Position numbers and translations under genes: made by a program. The notes below the pieces were generated by a model. That model was not told where the DNA came from and made no database searches. It saw nothing but the letters and a program-made list of their open reading frames with translations. This document shows positions 40,886-52,000 of a stretch of 64,000 nt of DNA, piece after piece. The DNA comes from Bdellovibrionales bacterium RIFOXYD12_FULL_39_22. Its GTDB lineage: Bacteria; Bdellovibrionota; Bacteriovoracia; Bacteriovoracales; Bacteriovoracaceae. Every line of letters begins with the position of its first letter. The first letter of the stretch is position 1. Where the stretch lies: assembly GCA_001770205.1 (NCBI GenBank), contig MEQL01000039.1, positions 74,787-138,786 on the forward strand. Reading direction: 5' to 3'.

Positions 40886-43138
40886 ATGAAAAAATTATTT
40901 ACCGCAATTTTCTTTCTATCTTTTCTCTCTGGAGCATCATTACTTTTCTGGGAGATAAAGAAAAGTGACCTTTTAACTAGTTTTTCTTTTGCCGACTTTC
41001 AAAGGCAGCAGGCCCGACAAGCAGAGCTTAATTTGGCCGCTAAACGCGTGGCCGAAAAGATTGCTTTAACTAAGTTGCAATTAGGTAGAACCGCAGAAGC
41101 AACTACTGAATTGAATAGCTTAATCTCTTTTCTTGATAACTCTCTAACCAAAAATAAACTGACGGAGATTGTCGAGTATGTGGCCGGATTTGAGCGACGC
41201 TACCTTTCCACTTCAGCACAAGTAATTGATGATAACGTAAAGGCATTTACTCAATATGTATCAAGTAATAATTGGAAAAAATTATCTGCTGCCGCCTGGC
41301 GACTAAAAAAACAGAGTGAAAATCCAATCGCTAACAAAACTGCAATTAAAGATATTTTGGAAGAAGTAACCAGTATTACTAAAGAATCAACCCTCTCTGC
41401 CGCCTCCTTAGAAAAAGTTCATGCAATGAAAGAGGAAATCGCCAATTCTTTAGATAAATTAATAAGGAAGCAAATTGATCTACAATCACTAAGTGTCTCT
41501 CTTGCCCCATTGCTATCTAGTGCTCAACAAATATTAGAAAAACAAAGTGCAATCATTGCGCAACAAAACAGCAAGGCCCAAGGTACTATTAATCGAGCAT
41601 TAGTTTACTTGGCAATCTTAATCAGTTCTCCATTTTTATATCTTTTATTTCTGGCCTTACACTCTCTGGGCGGGCATTTTTTACACAAGTCATCTCCTCA
41701 AGCGGCCAAGCAGAAAATAAAAATGGATCAAATTATTTTCGAAGCATTAAATAATGAAGCAGAATTTGGTAATGTAGAACTTGCCAGCGAATTTGACCGA
41801 AACTTTCATGATGATCTGCAGCGCTATCGTAAATTTGTGCATCAAAAAGCGACCTTAGGAGAAATTTTTAGTTCTACTATTCCCTTTCCGACTCTGGTTC
41901 TTAACTCTTCACAAGAAATTGTGTGGGCCAATGATCAGTTGTATGGTCTATGGAAGAAAAGAAAGGGAGAAAAACTAAGCTGGGGTACACTAGCAAAGGA
42001 AAGTGACCTTTACGATACTAATACTGTTATAGATTTTAAAAAGAAAGGCGTTTACACGATTAGATTACAGGGTAAATCGGAAAAAAATGATGACATTCAA
42101 TGTGAGATGTATCTCTCGCCGGCCAAGCAAAATGGCGAAGAATTGTCGCTTATGTTTTTCTACCGAGTGACAACTGACTTTGAATTAGTCGAAGAAGTTA
42201 AAACAAAAATCGAACATCACGTTACCAATATTTTAAATTTGATTTCTAATATATCTATTAATAAACCATCTCGCGAAAAAATTCGCGGAGATTTTGAGGC
42301 CTGTGGACTTTCAGATTTATATGAAAAATTTATAAGTCTACATGATGTTTACGGCCAACAAAAGCTAGGACTGATGAACGAAATTAATCGGCTAGAAGAC
42401 CAGCTAGAAGAACGAGTCAGTCGCCAGAAGGCCCAAGAGGCAGAATTGCTTGCATTAAAACAAGTCATTCATAGCACAGAAGCAAACCTAGTGTCCGTAA
42501 AAGAAAACGCACTTCTTTTAAATGTTGTGCGCTACCAGTGGAATGAGATCTGCAATCAGAATATTGACAAATACAAACAAGTTCTAGCGGAAAAAGAACG
42601 CTTAATTCGTGATGCAGAAAGAATGGAGGAAATTCTTTTTGAAAATCAAAACGTCTTCCGCTTAGTTATGTGGATTAAAGATGACTTTGATAAATTGGGC
42701 CAAAAATTTTCGGCAATCCATAACAAGTTAAATGATGTAATAAAGGGGGGGCGAAAAACGCTGGATGTAGAGGGCCTAACTTATCTCCAACATGAATTTG
42801 AAAAATCACATTCCCTATATGCTTTGGCACTTAATAATTTTGAAACTTCTCTGGCAAAACTTAAAATTTCTTCTAATACCGAAAACATTGACTTTGGCGA
42901 TATGAGAATACGACTAGAGCAAAATCGAGAGGATTTGGTGTCTATCGAAAATGCACAGAGAAAACTTATTACTCAGGGAGTAGAAAAAGAGACTCATCTC
43001 ACCTCCAAGATTGATCTAGCAGTGGCCGGAATGCATAAATTTATGGCCTCTTCAAGTAATGGTAGAACGGAAGGTGAAGAGAGTGTGGTGAAAAAAAATA
43101 TCGACAGTGCGAAGGCCGATGTTTTTAGTGAAGCGTAA
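40886..43138 (+). CDS. membrane protein: TM-periplasmic helical domain-TM-PAS-like-coiled coil
   Basis: Two TMs; PFPTLVLNSSQEIVWAN PAS-like segment; long helical C-terminus with no MCP hairpin motif. Confidence 0.7.
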   Translation: MKKLFTAIFFLSFLSGASLLFWEIKKSDLLTSFSFADFQRQQARQAELNLAAKRVAEKIALTKLQLGRTAEATTELNSLISFLDNSLTKNKLTEIVEYVAGFERRYLSTSAQVIDDNVKAFTQYVSSNNWKKLSAAAWRLKKQSENPIANKTAIKDILEEVTSITKESTLSAASLEKVHAMKEEIANSLDKLIRKQIDLQSLSVSLAPLLSSAQQILEKQSAIIAQQNSKAQGTINRALVYLAILISSPFLYLLFLALHSLGGHFLHKSSPQAAKQKIKMDQIIFEALNNEAEFGNVELASEFDRNFHDDLQRYRKFVHQKATLGEIFSSTIPFPTLVLNSSQEIVWANDQLYGLWKKRKGEKLSWGTLAKESDLYDTNTVIDFKKKGVYTIRLQGKSEKNDDIQCEMYLSPAKQNGEELSLMFFYRVTTDFELVEEVKTKIEHHVTNILNLISNISINKPSREKIRGDFEACGLSDLYEKFISLHDVYGQQKLGLMNEINRLEDQLEERVSRQKAQEAELLALKQVIHSTEANLVSVKENALLLNVVRYQWNEICNQNIDKYKQVLAEKERLIRDAERMEEILFENQNVFRLVMWIKDDFDKLGQKFSAIHNKLNDVIKGGRKTLDVEGLTYLQHEFEKSHSLYALALNNFETSLAKLKISSNTENIDFGDMRIRLEQNREDLVSIENAQRKLITQGVEKETHLTSKIDLAVAGMHKFMASSSNGRTEGEESVVKKNIDSAKADVFSEA

Positions 43139-43159
43139 TTTAAATTTGTCTGCTTTTTT

Positions 43160-45064
43160 TTACGCTGCTTTTTTAGTAATTTGCGTTTGAGTTTGTTCCG
43201 CTGTTAGTTGTGAAATATTTGCCACGCTTGCAGCACTAGGTCCACTACCCTCTAATTTAAAACGGCCAGATTTTTCATCATCGCGAAGTTGAGCAATAAA
43301 TAGTTTGCAAATTTCTTTGGCCTGTTGCACTTTTTCTGGTACCGGTCGATCTCTAAAGCGCTTAACTTGATCTGCCACGATAGTTTTACTCTTGCCCTCC
43401 GGCAAAAGGCCCATGATGATATCCGAGATCTGTGGAGGAAATCCAATTGCCAAAAGAAATTTGTCCTCTGGATTTAGATCGCGCAATACGCTGGCCAAAT
43501 GGCCTTTAGGAACTTGCAGCAACACCTTTGGAGTCCAAACTTGTTCACGCAGTTTTTTAGCAAAATCGGGAGAGATTGAAGCAATTTGATCAATAAACTG
43601 ATCATCCTCACCAAACTCTTTTTGTCCAATAAATTGGATGATCGGATTCATTACTACTTTATTTAAGTGAAGCTCATTATTCTCACCAGGATTATCTTTG
43701 AAAAAGGAAATCCACTCTACAATTTTTTTAGCATGCTCATTAATTTCTGCAATTCCAGGAATTTTATCCGCAATAATTGATTTCCACTGCGTGACAGAAA
43801 ATTGAGAGAGTAATGTTCTGTGCATACTAGGAGGAACAAAGTCCATAACAATTTTTTGAATAAGGCCGTTGTTCATCTTCTTGGCCACTTGCAATAATAT
43901 TTGCGGGTCGGCCAGTTTTAATTCTTTGACATATTCATCACGTATTAATTGTGAAAAATAATTACCTTTCTTCAAGCTATTGATGATTACTTTTTCAACA
44001 AATTCGCTAACCCATTTAGCAAAATCACCATCATTCATGGCCGCACTACTTTGCTCCATCTCCATCTGAGATAGTAATCCATCGTTTAGTGCTGACATTA
44101 AAATTTTCTCTTCATTATCCACTAACAGCGGAATTAACTTTTTCAATCCTTTAAGATCAGAGCTGCCACTGGTTATGCTGTTGGCCAGCGCCTCGGGCCG
44201 ATTCTTTATCGTTTTTCGAATAAGTTCAACTTTCTTTTCTACATCAATGTCTAATTGTATTGCTTCCGAAATAACTGTTTTATTTGCAGCGTCGATGCCA
44301 CCTGCGTGATCAAGTACAGGGTTTTCTTCTTTGGCCGCATTTTTATCTGTTACCGAATGTTCTTCTTTAAGATGCAGTTTTGCCGACTGTATAGATTCTG
44401 CAATAGAAGCAACTCCCGACTTCATAGCATTTGCCATAAAGAAAATACCTAAAAAAAGCATGCTGGCAATAATGACAGTGCCCAAGAATTTTAAAAATGA
44501 TGGCAGATGTTCATAAATGTGATCACTTAAAGTTTTAGGAAGAATAATCTCTTGTGGTTTAGGGGGTGGAATAGGGGCCTCCATCAGTGGAGGATCTGTT
44601 AACTTTGTAAAACGGACATCCATCTTTAGATCAGGATTGGTTGTCTTTATTAATTGCTTTAAATTATCCACCGCTTGATCTTTAACTTTGTCATAGACAA
44701 AGAGATCCACGCGCGCACCGGTTACCGTAAAGTAATCACCGGCCATCACCCCATCTCCTACACCTGGTACATAAAGGTATCCCGTATCAATTGAGTTACT
44801 GGACAAATTTTTTTCTGCCTTTAGTTTGCTGGAGAGAAGTTTAACAAATAAACTGTAGCGAACATCTCCCCCCAAATACATTTTGATGTGCCCATTGATA
44901 TCCGCAGTTAGTTCATTTTCAATTTCATTGATCCCTTTGGTATTAACTTTGCTTAGATTAAATTGCTTTGCCAACACCACTTCCGACAATATTAGCGACA
45001 TCATCGCTATTAGCGACAGCAGTAACTTGAAAATAAATGTGTTTTCCTTTCTACGTTGTTTCAT
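43160..45064 (-). CDS. putative natural FliF-FliG fusion-like rotor protein
   Basis: Signal peptide; FliF RBM3-like aa ~47-155; TM aa ~190-212; FliF C-helix-like LIRKTIKNRPEALANSI; FliG-N-like LKGLKKLIPLL; FliG-M-like LKLADPQILL; FliG-C-like aa ~491-604. Confidence 0.72.
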   Translation of the reverse strand: MKQRRKENTFIFKLLLSLIAMMSLILSEVVLAKQFNLSKVNTKGINEIENELTADINGHIKMYLGGDVRYSLFVKLLSSKLKAEKNLSSNSIDTGYLYVPGVGDGVMAGDYFTVTGARVDLFVYDKVKDQAVDNLKQLIKTTNPDLKMDVRFTKLTDPPLMEAPIPPPKPQEIILPKTLSDHIYEHLPSFLKFLGTVIIASMLFLGIFFMANAMKSGVASIAESIQSAKLHLKEEHSVTDKNAAKEENPVLDHAGGIDAANKTVISEAIQLDIDVEKKVELIRKTIKNRPEALANSITSGSSDLKGLKKLIPLLVDNEEKILMSALNDGLLSQMEMEQSSAAMNDGDFAKWVSEFVEKVIINSLKKGNYFSQLIRDEYVKELKLADPQILLQVAKKMNNGLIQKIVMDFVPPSMHRTLLSQFSVTQWKSIIADKIPGIAEINEHAKKIVEWISFFKDNPGENNELHLNKVVMNPIIQFIGQKEFGEDDQFIDQIASISPDFAKKLREQVWTPKVLLQVPKGHLASVLRDLNPEDKFLLAIGFPPQISDIIMGLLPEGKSKTIVADQVKRFRDRPVPEKVQQAKEICKLFIAQLRDDEKSGRFKLEGSGPSAASVANISQLTAEQTQTQITKKAA

Positions 45065-45708
45065 AAGTTAGAAAGTTTATTATTTACTGCCTCCAAAAAT
45101 CTAATCGTTGTTTCATCTTTCCCATCAATGGAAAGTGCGCGCAAAAGTTGTGCCCGAGCTTCGGGATATTTATTTTGATGATAATAGATATTACCCAGCA
45201 TAGTGTAGCTTGCCGCAACGTTGGGATATTTTTTTTGAAAATCAGTTATCTTGTTTTCGGCCAAGGGAAATTTTTGCAAAAATAAAAATCCCTGTATCTG
45301 CAGTAACTGTCGCAGCATCTCATTAGTTTCATCGCCATAGGTTTTTAGCACCCATTTTTCAAAATGATCAGGATTAAGTGGCGTAAGCTCCACGTTATAC
45401 AGGTCAATCCCGTTGACTAGCACTACTATTTCGCGTGGAACAAATCCAACTTTGGAAATCACAAAACTGACAATTCCATCTTTAGCAAATTTATCTAAGT
45501 CCTCTCCCGTTATTTTGAGAGGCGTGGCCCCCACAACTTCTCCCTTGGCAGTTACTACTTCTGCTCCTGCCGGATTTGATTCAATCAAAGCAAATTTTTT
45601 GGGAGGCAATGTTGTGAACACATAATTTTTAATTCGCTGATATGTCGCACATGAAGAAAACAGCATATTGGCCAGCAATAAAATAATCAAACTTAATTTT
45701 TTATTCAT
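45061..45708 (-). CDS. PEGA-domain + TPR lipoprotein
   Basis: Lipobox FSSC; IESNPAGAEV..GATPL..ISKVGF PEGA pattern; C-terminal TPR; ATGA overlap with the next gene. Confidence 0.82.
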   Translation of the reverse strand: MNKKLSLIILLLANMLFSSCATYQRIKNYVFTTLPPKKFALIESNPAGAEVVTAKGEVVGATPLKITGEDLDKFAKDGIVSFVISKVGFVPREIVVLVNGIDLYNVELTPLNPDHFEKWVLKTYGDETNEMLRQLLQIQGFLFLQKFPLAENKITDFQKKYPNVAASYTMLGNIYYHQNKYPEARAQLLRALSIDGKDETTIRFLEAVNNKLSNL

Positions 45709-45767
45709 CAACTTCAAAAGGTACGCTCCATTTGAGAGCAACTCCATTTACAACTATCTCAGTGTAG

Positions 45768-45794
45768 ATATCGGAGAAATTGAGTAATTCTTTA
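45768..45794 (-). promoter_or_regulatory. sigma-28 promoter of the PEGA-TPR / FliFG-like operon
   Basis: TAAA-N15-TCCGATAT; a further perfect -10 GCCGATAA at 45827-45834. Confidence 0.72.
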
Positions 45795-45911
45795 GAACTC
45801 GCACTATCTCACATCATTTTTATAGGTTATCGGCGGGATAATTAACCAGACTTTTTTGCTCAACTGGATAAAAAAATACCTCTGCACTTTTTTTGAGAAC
45901 CTTGTCAATAA

Positions 45912-46067
45912 CTAAACTGGAGAGGCAGAAGCAGCAGTAGACGCAGAAGTTCGCGGCCTTCGTTTGGCAGATGATTAGCTGTCGCAACCATAAATTGCAA
46001 TTAGAAATACTGTCACTACCGCTATTAAATAGGAACCCTTTTTCTTATCTACTTTGCAGACTATCAT
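45912..46067 (-). pseudogene. remnant of a lipoprotein gene (signal peptide only)
   Basis: MIVCKVDKKKGSYLIAVVTVFLIAIYGCDS* with IYGC lipobox and AAGGAG; stop two codons after Cys. Confidence 0.45.
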
Positions 46068-46088
46068 CTCCTTAATTTTCGTAAAATC

Positions 46089-49000
46089 TCACCAACTAAT
46101 GATCAGTCTACCGTTTGTATCCTTGTTACCAGCGGTGCCGCGATCTGGATCGGCAGCATTTCCTGGAGTAGTTCCGCTACCCGCAGTTTGCAATCCTCCC
46201 GGTGAAAAATAACTTGTTCCTGCCCCATTTATGGCGCCGCCACAATATCCACCGCCACCACCGGCCTCATCACCATCAAGAAAATCCATTGCATTTGCAC
46301 CATTTTGTATCCCGGCCGGAACGCAAGCACCGATTCCACCTCCAGCAACACCAGCGCCAAATGCCGTGGCCCCGCCTCCTCCACCTGCTTCTAAAATAAC
46401 CGCTCCACTCAAAGTTACAGAGGTAGATCCACCGCCTCCTCCCGTCACGCCACTCCAACAGCCAACTGCGCAATCTCCATAATCAATTCCATTTCCTCCA
46501 TTAGGCCATCCATAAACGGCACTGCCTGATCCGTAGTTTCCTCTTCCTCCAACGCGAAGTTGCAAAACATCTCCCAATAATACGTTTTGCGTTAAAGAGG
46601 CAAATCCTCCAGCTCCACCATCTACATTTGTTATAGTGCCATCATAGTCATCAATTGCTCCACCACCTCCGGCCCCCCACGCTTTAATTGTAACAGAATT
46701 ACAATTATTACCCATGATGACATATTTAATGGCACCCAGATAATCGATTATTTGATTGCCGGGAACGGTGCAATCAATTTCTGAATAATTAGGCATCGTA
46801 ATAGTCGCTGTTTTTCCGGAGCTGGTATAGCCCGTGTTAGCATCAAAGAGACAGACACGAACGTAGTAGGTTGTTGAAGAACTGAGATTATTCAGAGTAT
46901 AGTTTGTAGCGGCCGTCGAAATAGTTGTGCCCCCGCCACATTGTGCCGCCGGAAATCCCCCAGTCTGATATGCAACGATGTAGTTATCTTCAACTCCATC
47001 CCCTGAAGCGTCCCAATCGATAAGAATATCTTTGGGAGTTGGATTATTTGCTGTTATCGTCAAATTTTGCACGTCACTAGTTTGGCCGTAATTGCGGACA
47101 CACATTACGGTATAAACATAAGATACATTTTGGGTATATTCAGAAAAAGTTGAGGAAGTAGTTATCCAAGAAGCATAATATCTTAAAGAACCACTGGCAT
47201 TATCACTGGTCCAATGTGAGTGATTTGTGCTTACAAGTCCAAGAACCCCTCTATTTAAAAGTAGCGAGGCAAAATGGTTAGTGTTACTTGGATTTGGATT
47301 AGATCCTCCAGCTACGATCCAATCACTTCGGCCATTGCTAACTAAGGTATCACAATGAGCAGTTGCCGCAGAAAAGCTATATGCGCCGCCATAGTGTATC
47401 GCTGTTGGTGACGCACTATCTCTTGCAACAACCCATCCCGTCATAAACTTTATACCACCGCTGCAAATTTTTCCAGCAGGATCTGTAGAAAGACATTCAG
47501 CTTCCGGAGTAGTTTTAATTACCAACGCACCAGTACTAGTTGTATTGTTAGCAATATTTTTCCAACAAACTCTAAAATAATATGTAGTCAATCCAGCTAG
47601 TCCAAATACGTCGTAGTCTGTTGCCGAACTTGCAGAAATCGTCGCGCCGCCTGTGCAATTAACTGGAGGCGCTGAGCCTGCCGCATAAGAGATAATGTAT
47701 TCATCTTCTTCGCCTGCAACAGTGGGACCCCATTCAAGATGAATATCATTGGCGGTAGGGGCCATTGTGGAAGCAGTCAGAGTTTCTACTTCGCCGGCCA
47801 CGGTAAAACTTATAGTATCACTTGTGTCTACTCGATAACCATCATAAGCAAGAGGGGTACTGTCCATCGCAATTGTAACATCTCCAGGTTCTGTTACGTT
47901 AATCGTAGCATAACCAATCCCACCACTAAAGTGGACAACACCCAGGCCCGTGATATTCAAGGCAGTAGGGTTTTGTTCTAGCGTCACATCACCTTCAAAA
48001 TTAGTGTAAAGGCCACCATCAGAATCAATGGCCCGAAGCTGTAGTGTTACCTCTCCATACACCGCCGAGGCAATTGGCTGAAATTGAATAGATTCAATAT
48101 TTGCGTTACCAAAAGGTCTTATACAGCGAACCTTATACGAAGTATCCTTTCTTTCATATCTGTATGTACTTGCAGCATCAGTTACGTTTACTTGTCTGGC
48201 AGTATAGTTAGTGTTGTTTGTTGAACTCCAATAGTAAACACCATTAGTAGTTACCAATCCGACTGCCGCTGTTTTTCCTGCACTAACCAATGAGTTAAAG
48301 ACACCATCCGCTCCAACGAACTCCCCTCGGGCAGGGAGATACCAATTCCTAAATACTCCTGTTGCAACTAAATCATAACAGTAATTGGCGGCATTATGAT
48401 GCCCGTGAGAGTAGAGCGTTTGCGTATTAGCAAGGCCATTAACATCATCTGCTGGATCTCCTGAGAAGTTATAACCACCATACATATAAGTCGCATCTGC
48501 TAGCGAAATTACATGTGTGGCAGAGGCCTTCCATCCACCACCACAAGCAGTTCCGATTGCGTCGCTGGCAGTACAATCGGGTGGTTCCATAAAATCTACA
48601 TCCTTAACATCAGTCGTTGTTAACACTCTCCCTGTTCCGTCTTCTGTTCCATTAGAGAGCGACAGATTAACTGTTTCTATAATTGTATCGGTGATAGTAA
48701 TGATTCCACTACCATTCGTTATGGTGACAAGGCCTTCACCAGTGGAGAAACCATCAGCGATCAACGTTACTGTTCCAGAAAAAGCAAAATCTTTTAGTCC
48801 AGTAGAGGTTTGGGCCTCTACGAGTATAGTGGCATTTTGTGTGACATAAACATCAGTTGGTTCAATGATAACAAATTTACTGGCAGGCTCAGTGAAAATA
48901 TTAAAAGCACTTGAGGTGGTTGTAATGGCCGTGCTGCTGATAGTTGCCCGCAAAGTAAAACCAATTCCGGATTTATTGATTTGTAAATTATTAAAACTTG

Positions 49001-52000
49001 CAACTCCAGTGCTTCCCGTTGTTGCATTTAATGTTGTTGATAGCGTAGATGGAGATCCCGGAGCGTTAGGATCATTGGCCAAAGACATTACAATAGTGCT
49101 GCTTACATTAGTAGTAACGTTTTCGTATATATCATGAACAGCAACTTGAACAGCAGCATTAGCATCCCCCTCAATCGTTCCACCAATAACTTCATTTTGA
49201 GGTTGTGAGGTAAAATGCAAATGATTTGCTGCGGCCGGAATAATATTAAAAGTGGTGGCCGCCACTCCAGAAATTGCAGGATTGGCGCAGTTGGCACTCA
49301 AAGTATAGTTAGCACCGGCAGTATGCAAATTTACGTTGTAATTAACTATACCCGCAACGGCCGCAACAGTGGAAGAGGTCGATCCATTAAAGACGGCGAC
49401 CGGAGAAGTCAGCACTACCGAGCAGGTAAAAGTTGGGTCAACAATATTGGAAGCATTACGGGCCTCTACCCGAACCGCAAAATTTGTACCGGCCACCACA
49501 TTTGCTCCCGATGCGGGCATGATAGTGAAAACTAGATGCGTAGCTGGATCAGTGATTATATTGAAAAGATTTGAATCTTTGGTAATAGCGTTGAAGGTTG
49601 CTGTAAATTGATAACCAGTTCCAGGCATACTTAAATCAATATTATCAAAAGTGGCAATTCCACTCGACAATGTTCTAGGATTAGTTCCGTTTATCGTGGC
49701 AGTGCCTGGATTTAGTTTTAGTGACAAGGTAACATTGGCGCCATCATTGGCAGTTACTACGTTATGATACTGATCATGCAAGGTAACCGTAAATGGAGCA
49801 ATGTCAGTCAATACCTGCGTTGGACTTGCCACGTTTGCAAATTCTAGGTGGTGGGCCACATCAGTATAAATGGTAAAAGCATTTGAAGAAATCATTCCAT
49901 TATTAATTGGTGTTCCACCGATAGTAGCGGTTGCTCCTAAAGTATAAACTCCCGACAACCTAATTTGAGGCCGTGAATTGACGGCCAAATTATTAAAGAT
50001 GGCCTCACCATTAGCATTAGTAGTTTGAGTTAGATTATAAATAGTAGTACCTGGCCCAGAGTCAACTATTAGAGTTATTGTCTCCCCGGCGCGATATACT
50101 TTATTGCCGGCCCCGTCTTGAATCTCCACGACAATTCCTGAAATATCTTTACCTGCGGTGGCATCAGCTACGGTGGAAATAAAGGCCAATTTCGCAGGAT
50201 TTCCAGCGAGTATATCAAAGGCCTCACTTTCTGCGGTCTCTACTGCCCCAATCACCGGAAGTGTTGCCAATGCTTTTATGGTATAGTCAAGGCCGGTTAC
50301 GTTTACAGTAAACGCGCTGAAGCTGGCCAATCCATTAGTGGTCGAGACTTGATATCCGGAGTAATCAGCAGGCAACGACGCTCCCGTATTGTTGTCCACA
50401 AATTCCAAAGTAACTTGAATGGCGGCGTGACTCTCTACGCGGTTATTTCCCTCATCTTGGATTTCAATGATGATAGGTGGATTCATATTAACACCAACAT
50501 CTTCATCTACAGGAGGTTGTTGGTAGATCACTATGTGGTGAGGATTTCCGTAATCAATATTAAAGAGCGTTGAAGTTCCAGATACATTGTAAATACCAAC
50601 CAAGGCGCTTGCGGTTAAACGATAGCCCACTCCTTTTTTATCAAGCGAAATTCCAGCAATGCTGGCAGCTCCCAGTAAAGTGGTATCGGCCGGAGCGGCC
50701 GGAGAAAGTGTCGCTCCTGCAGGATTGGTAGTTAATGACAGAGTTACGTTATTCCCCGTGGAGCTACTTACCACGTTTTCATATTGATCTCTAATTTCCA
50801 CCGCCACGGTGAAATTCTCTTTTGCTTTTGCGTTAGGAGAACTCGGTGGATTTTGTGTAAAGGTAATGTGGTGTGGAATATTATGCGTAACATTAAAAGT
50901 GCTAGTAGTATCTACGGAAAGAATCGTTCCGGCATTGTAGCTGGCCTTTAACTTATAATTAGTATCAGCTTTTTGCACAACAAAGTTACTAAAGGTGGCA
51001 ACATTAGTCGAGCCATCAAAAATTATCTGCGTTGTTCCTAAGCCGGTAGCACCATTTAGATGCACCAACTGCAAGGCCAGGGACGCACCAGAAAGCGCCG
51101 TAGCATTGGCCGGATTATCATCTCCATCCAGGACTCGCACCGTCACGGTACGAATAGCAACGCCCGCGGTAGCATCTGCGGCGCTTTGTAAAAGCACTTC
51201 ATCGATGGCCACTTTAGCGGGGCCTCCTCCTAAAATTTCAAAAGCAGAAGAGGTTTGGGCAGCAGCAGCAGCGTTAGGAAGTGCTCCGGCCAAATCGCCG
51301 GTGGCCGTAAAAACATAACCATTAAAAGCTTTATTTATACTAGTGGTAGAAAAAGTAGCTACTCCACTAGCATTAGTAGAAGCCGTAGCGTTAGTTATTA
51401 CCGCCGCAACCGGCTGGCCGGTAGCTGCAAAAGAGAGAGTTGCCGTTATTCCACTTTGGGCAACACTATTTCCAAACGCATCGACGGCCTGAACTGTAAA
51501 GGTGGCCATTGCAATATTAGATACTGTTTGCAAGGGAGGTTGCGCTACAAAGGCCAGATGATCTGCTCCGGCGGCAATAATTTTAAATCCGCTAGAAAGT
51601 GCTACTTTCCCTGGATTAGTAATGGTTGGAGCGGCAACAATATTGGTGGCCGTTGCATTTAAAGTGTATTCATCGAGGGCCTTGCTAATTTTCTCAATGA
51701 AAAGCGAGTTAAAAGTGGCAGTACCATTTATGGTATTTACCACCAAAGAGTCTGTAGTTTTTAAAACAGCGTTGGCGCTAATTGAAGCATCATGGGCCAG
51801 CGAAATAGTTATCTCTACGCCATTGCTATTAGTTTTATTACCGTATTGGTCACGCACTTCTACTGTGACGGCCGGAGCAATATCAACGCCGGCCACGGTA
51901 TCGTTGCCATCTTCATCAGGTTGAACTTTAAAAGCGATAGATACGGGATTGGCCGGAATTACATCAAACCCTGCGGCCGCTGACTGGGCAGCACCTAAGA

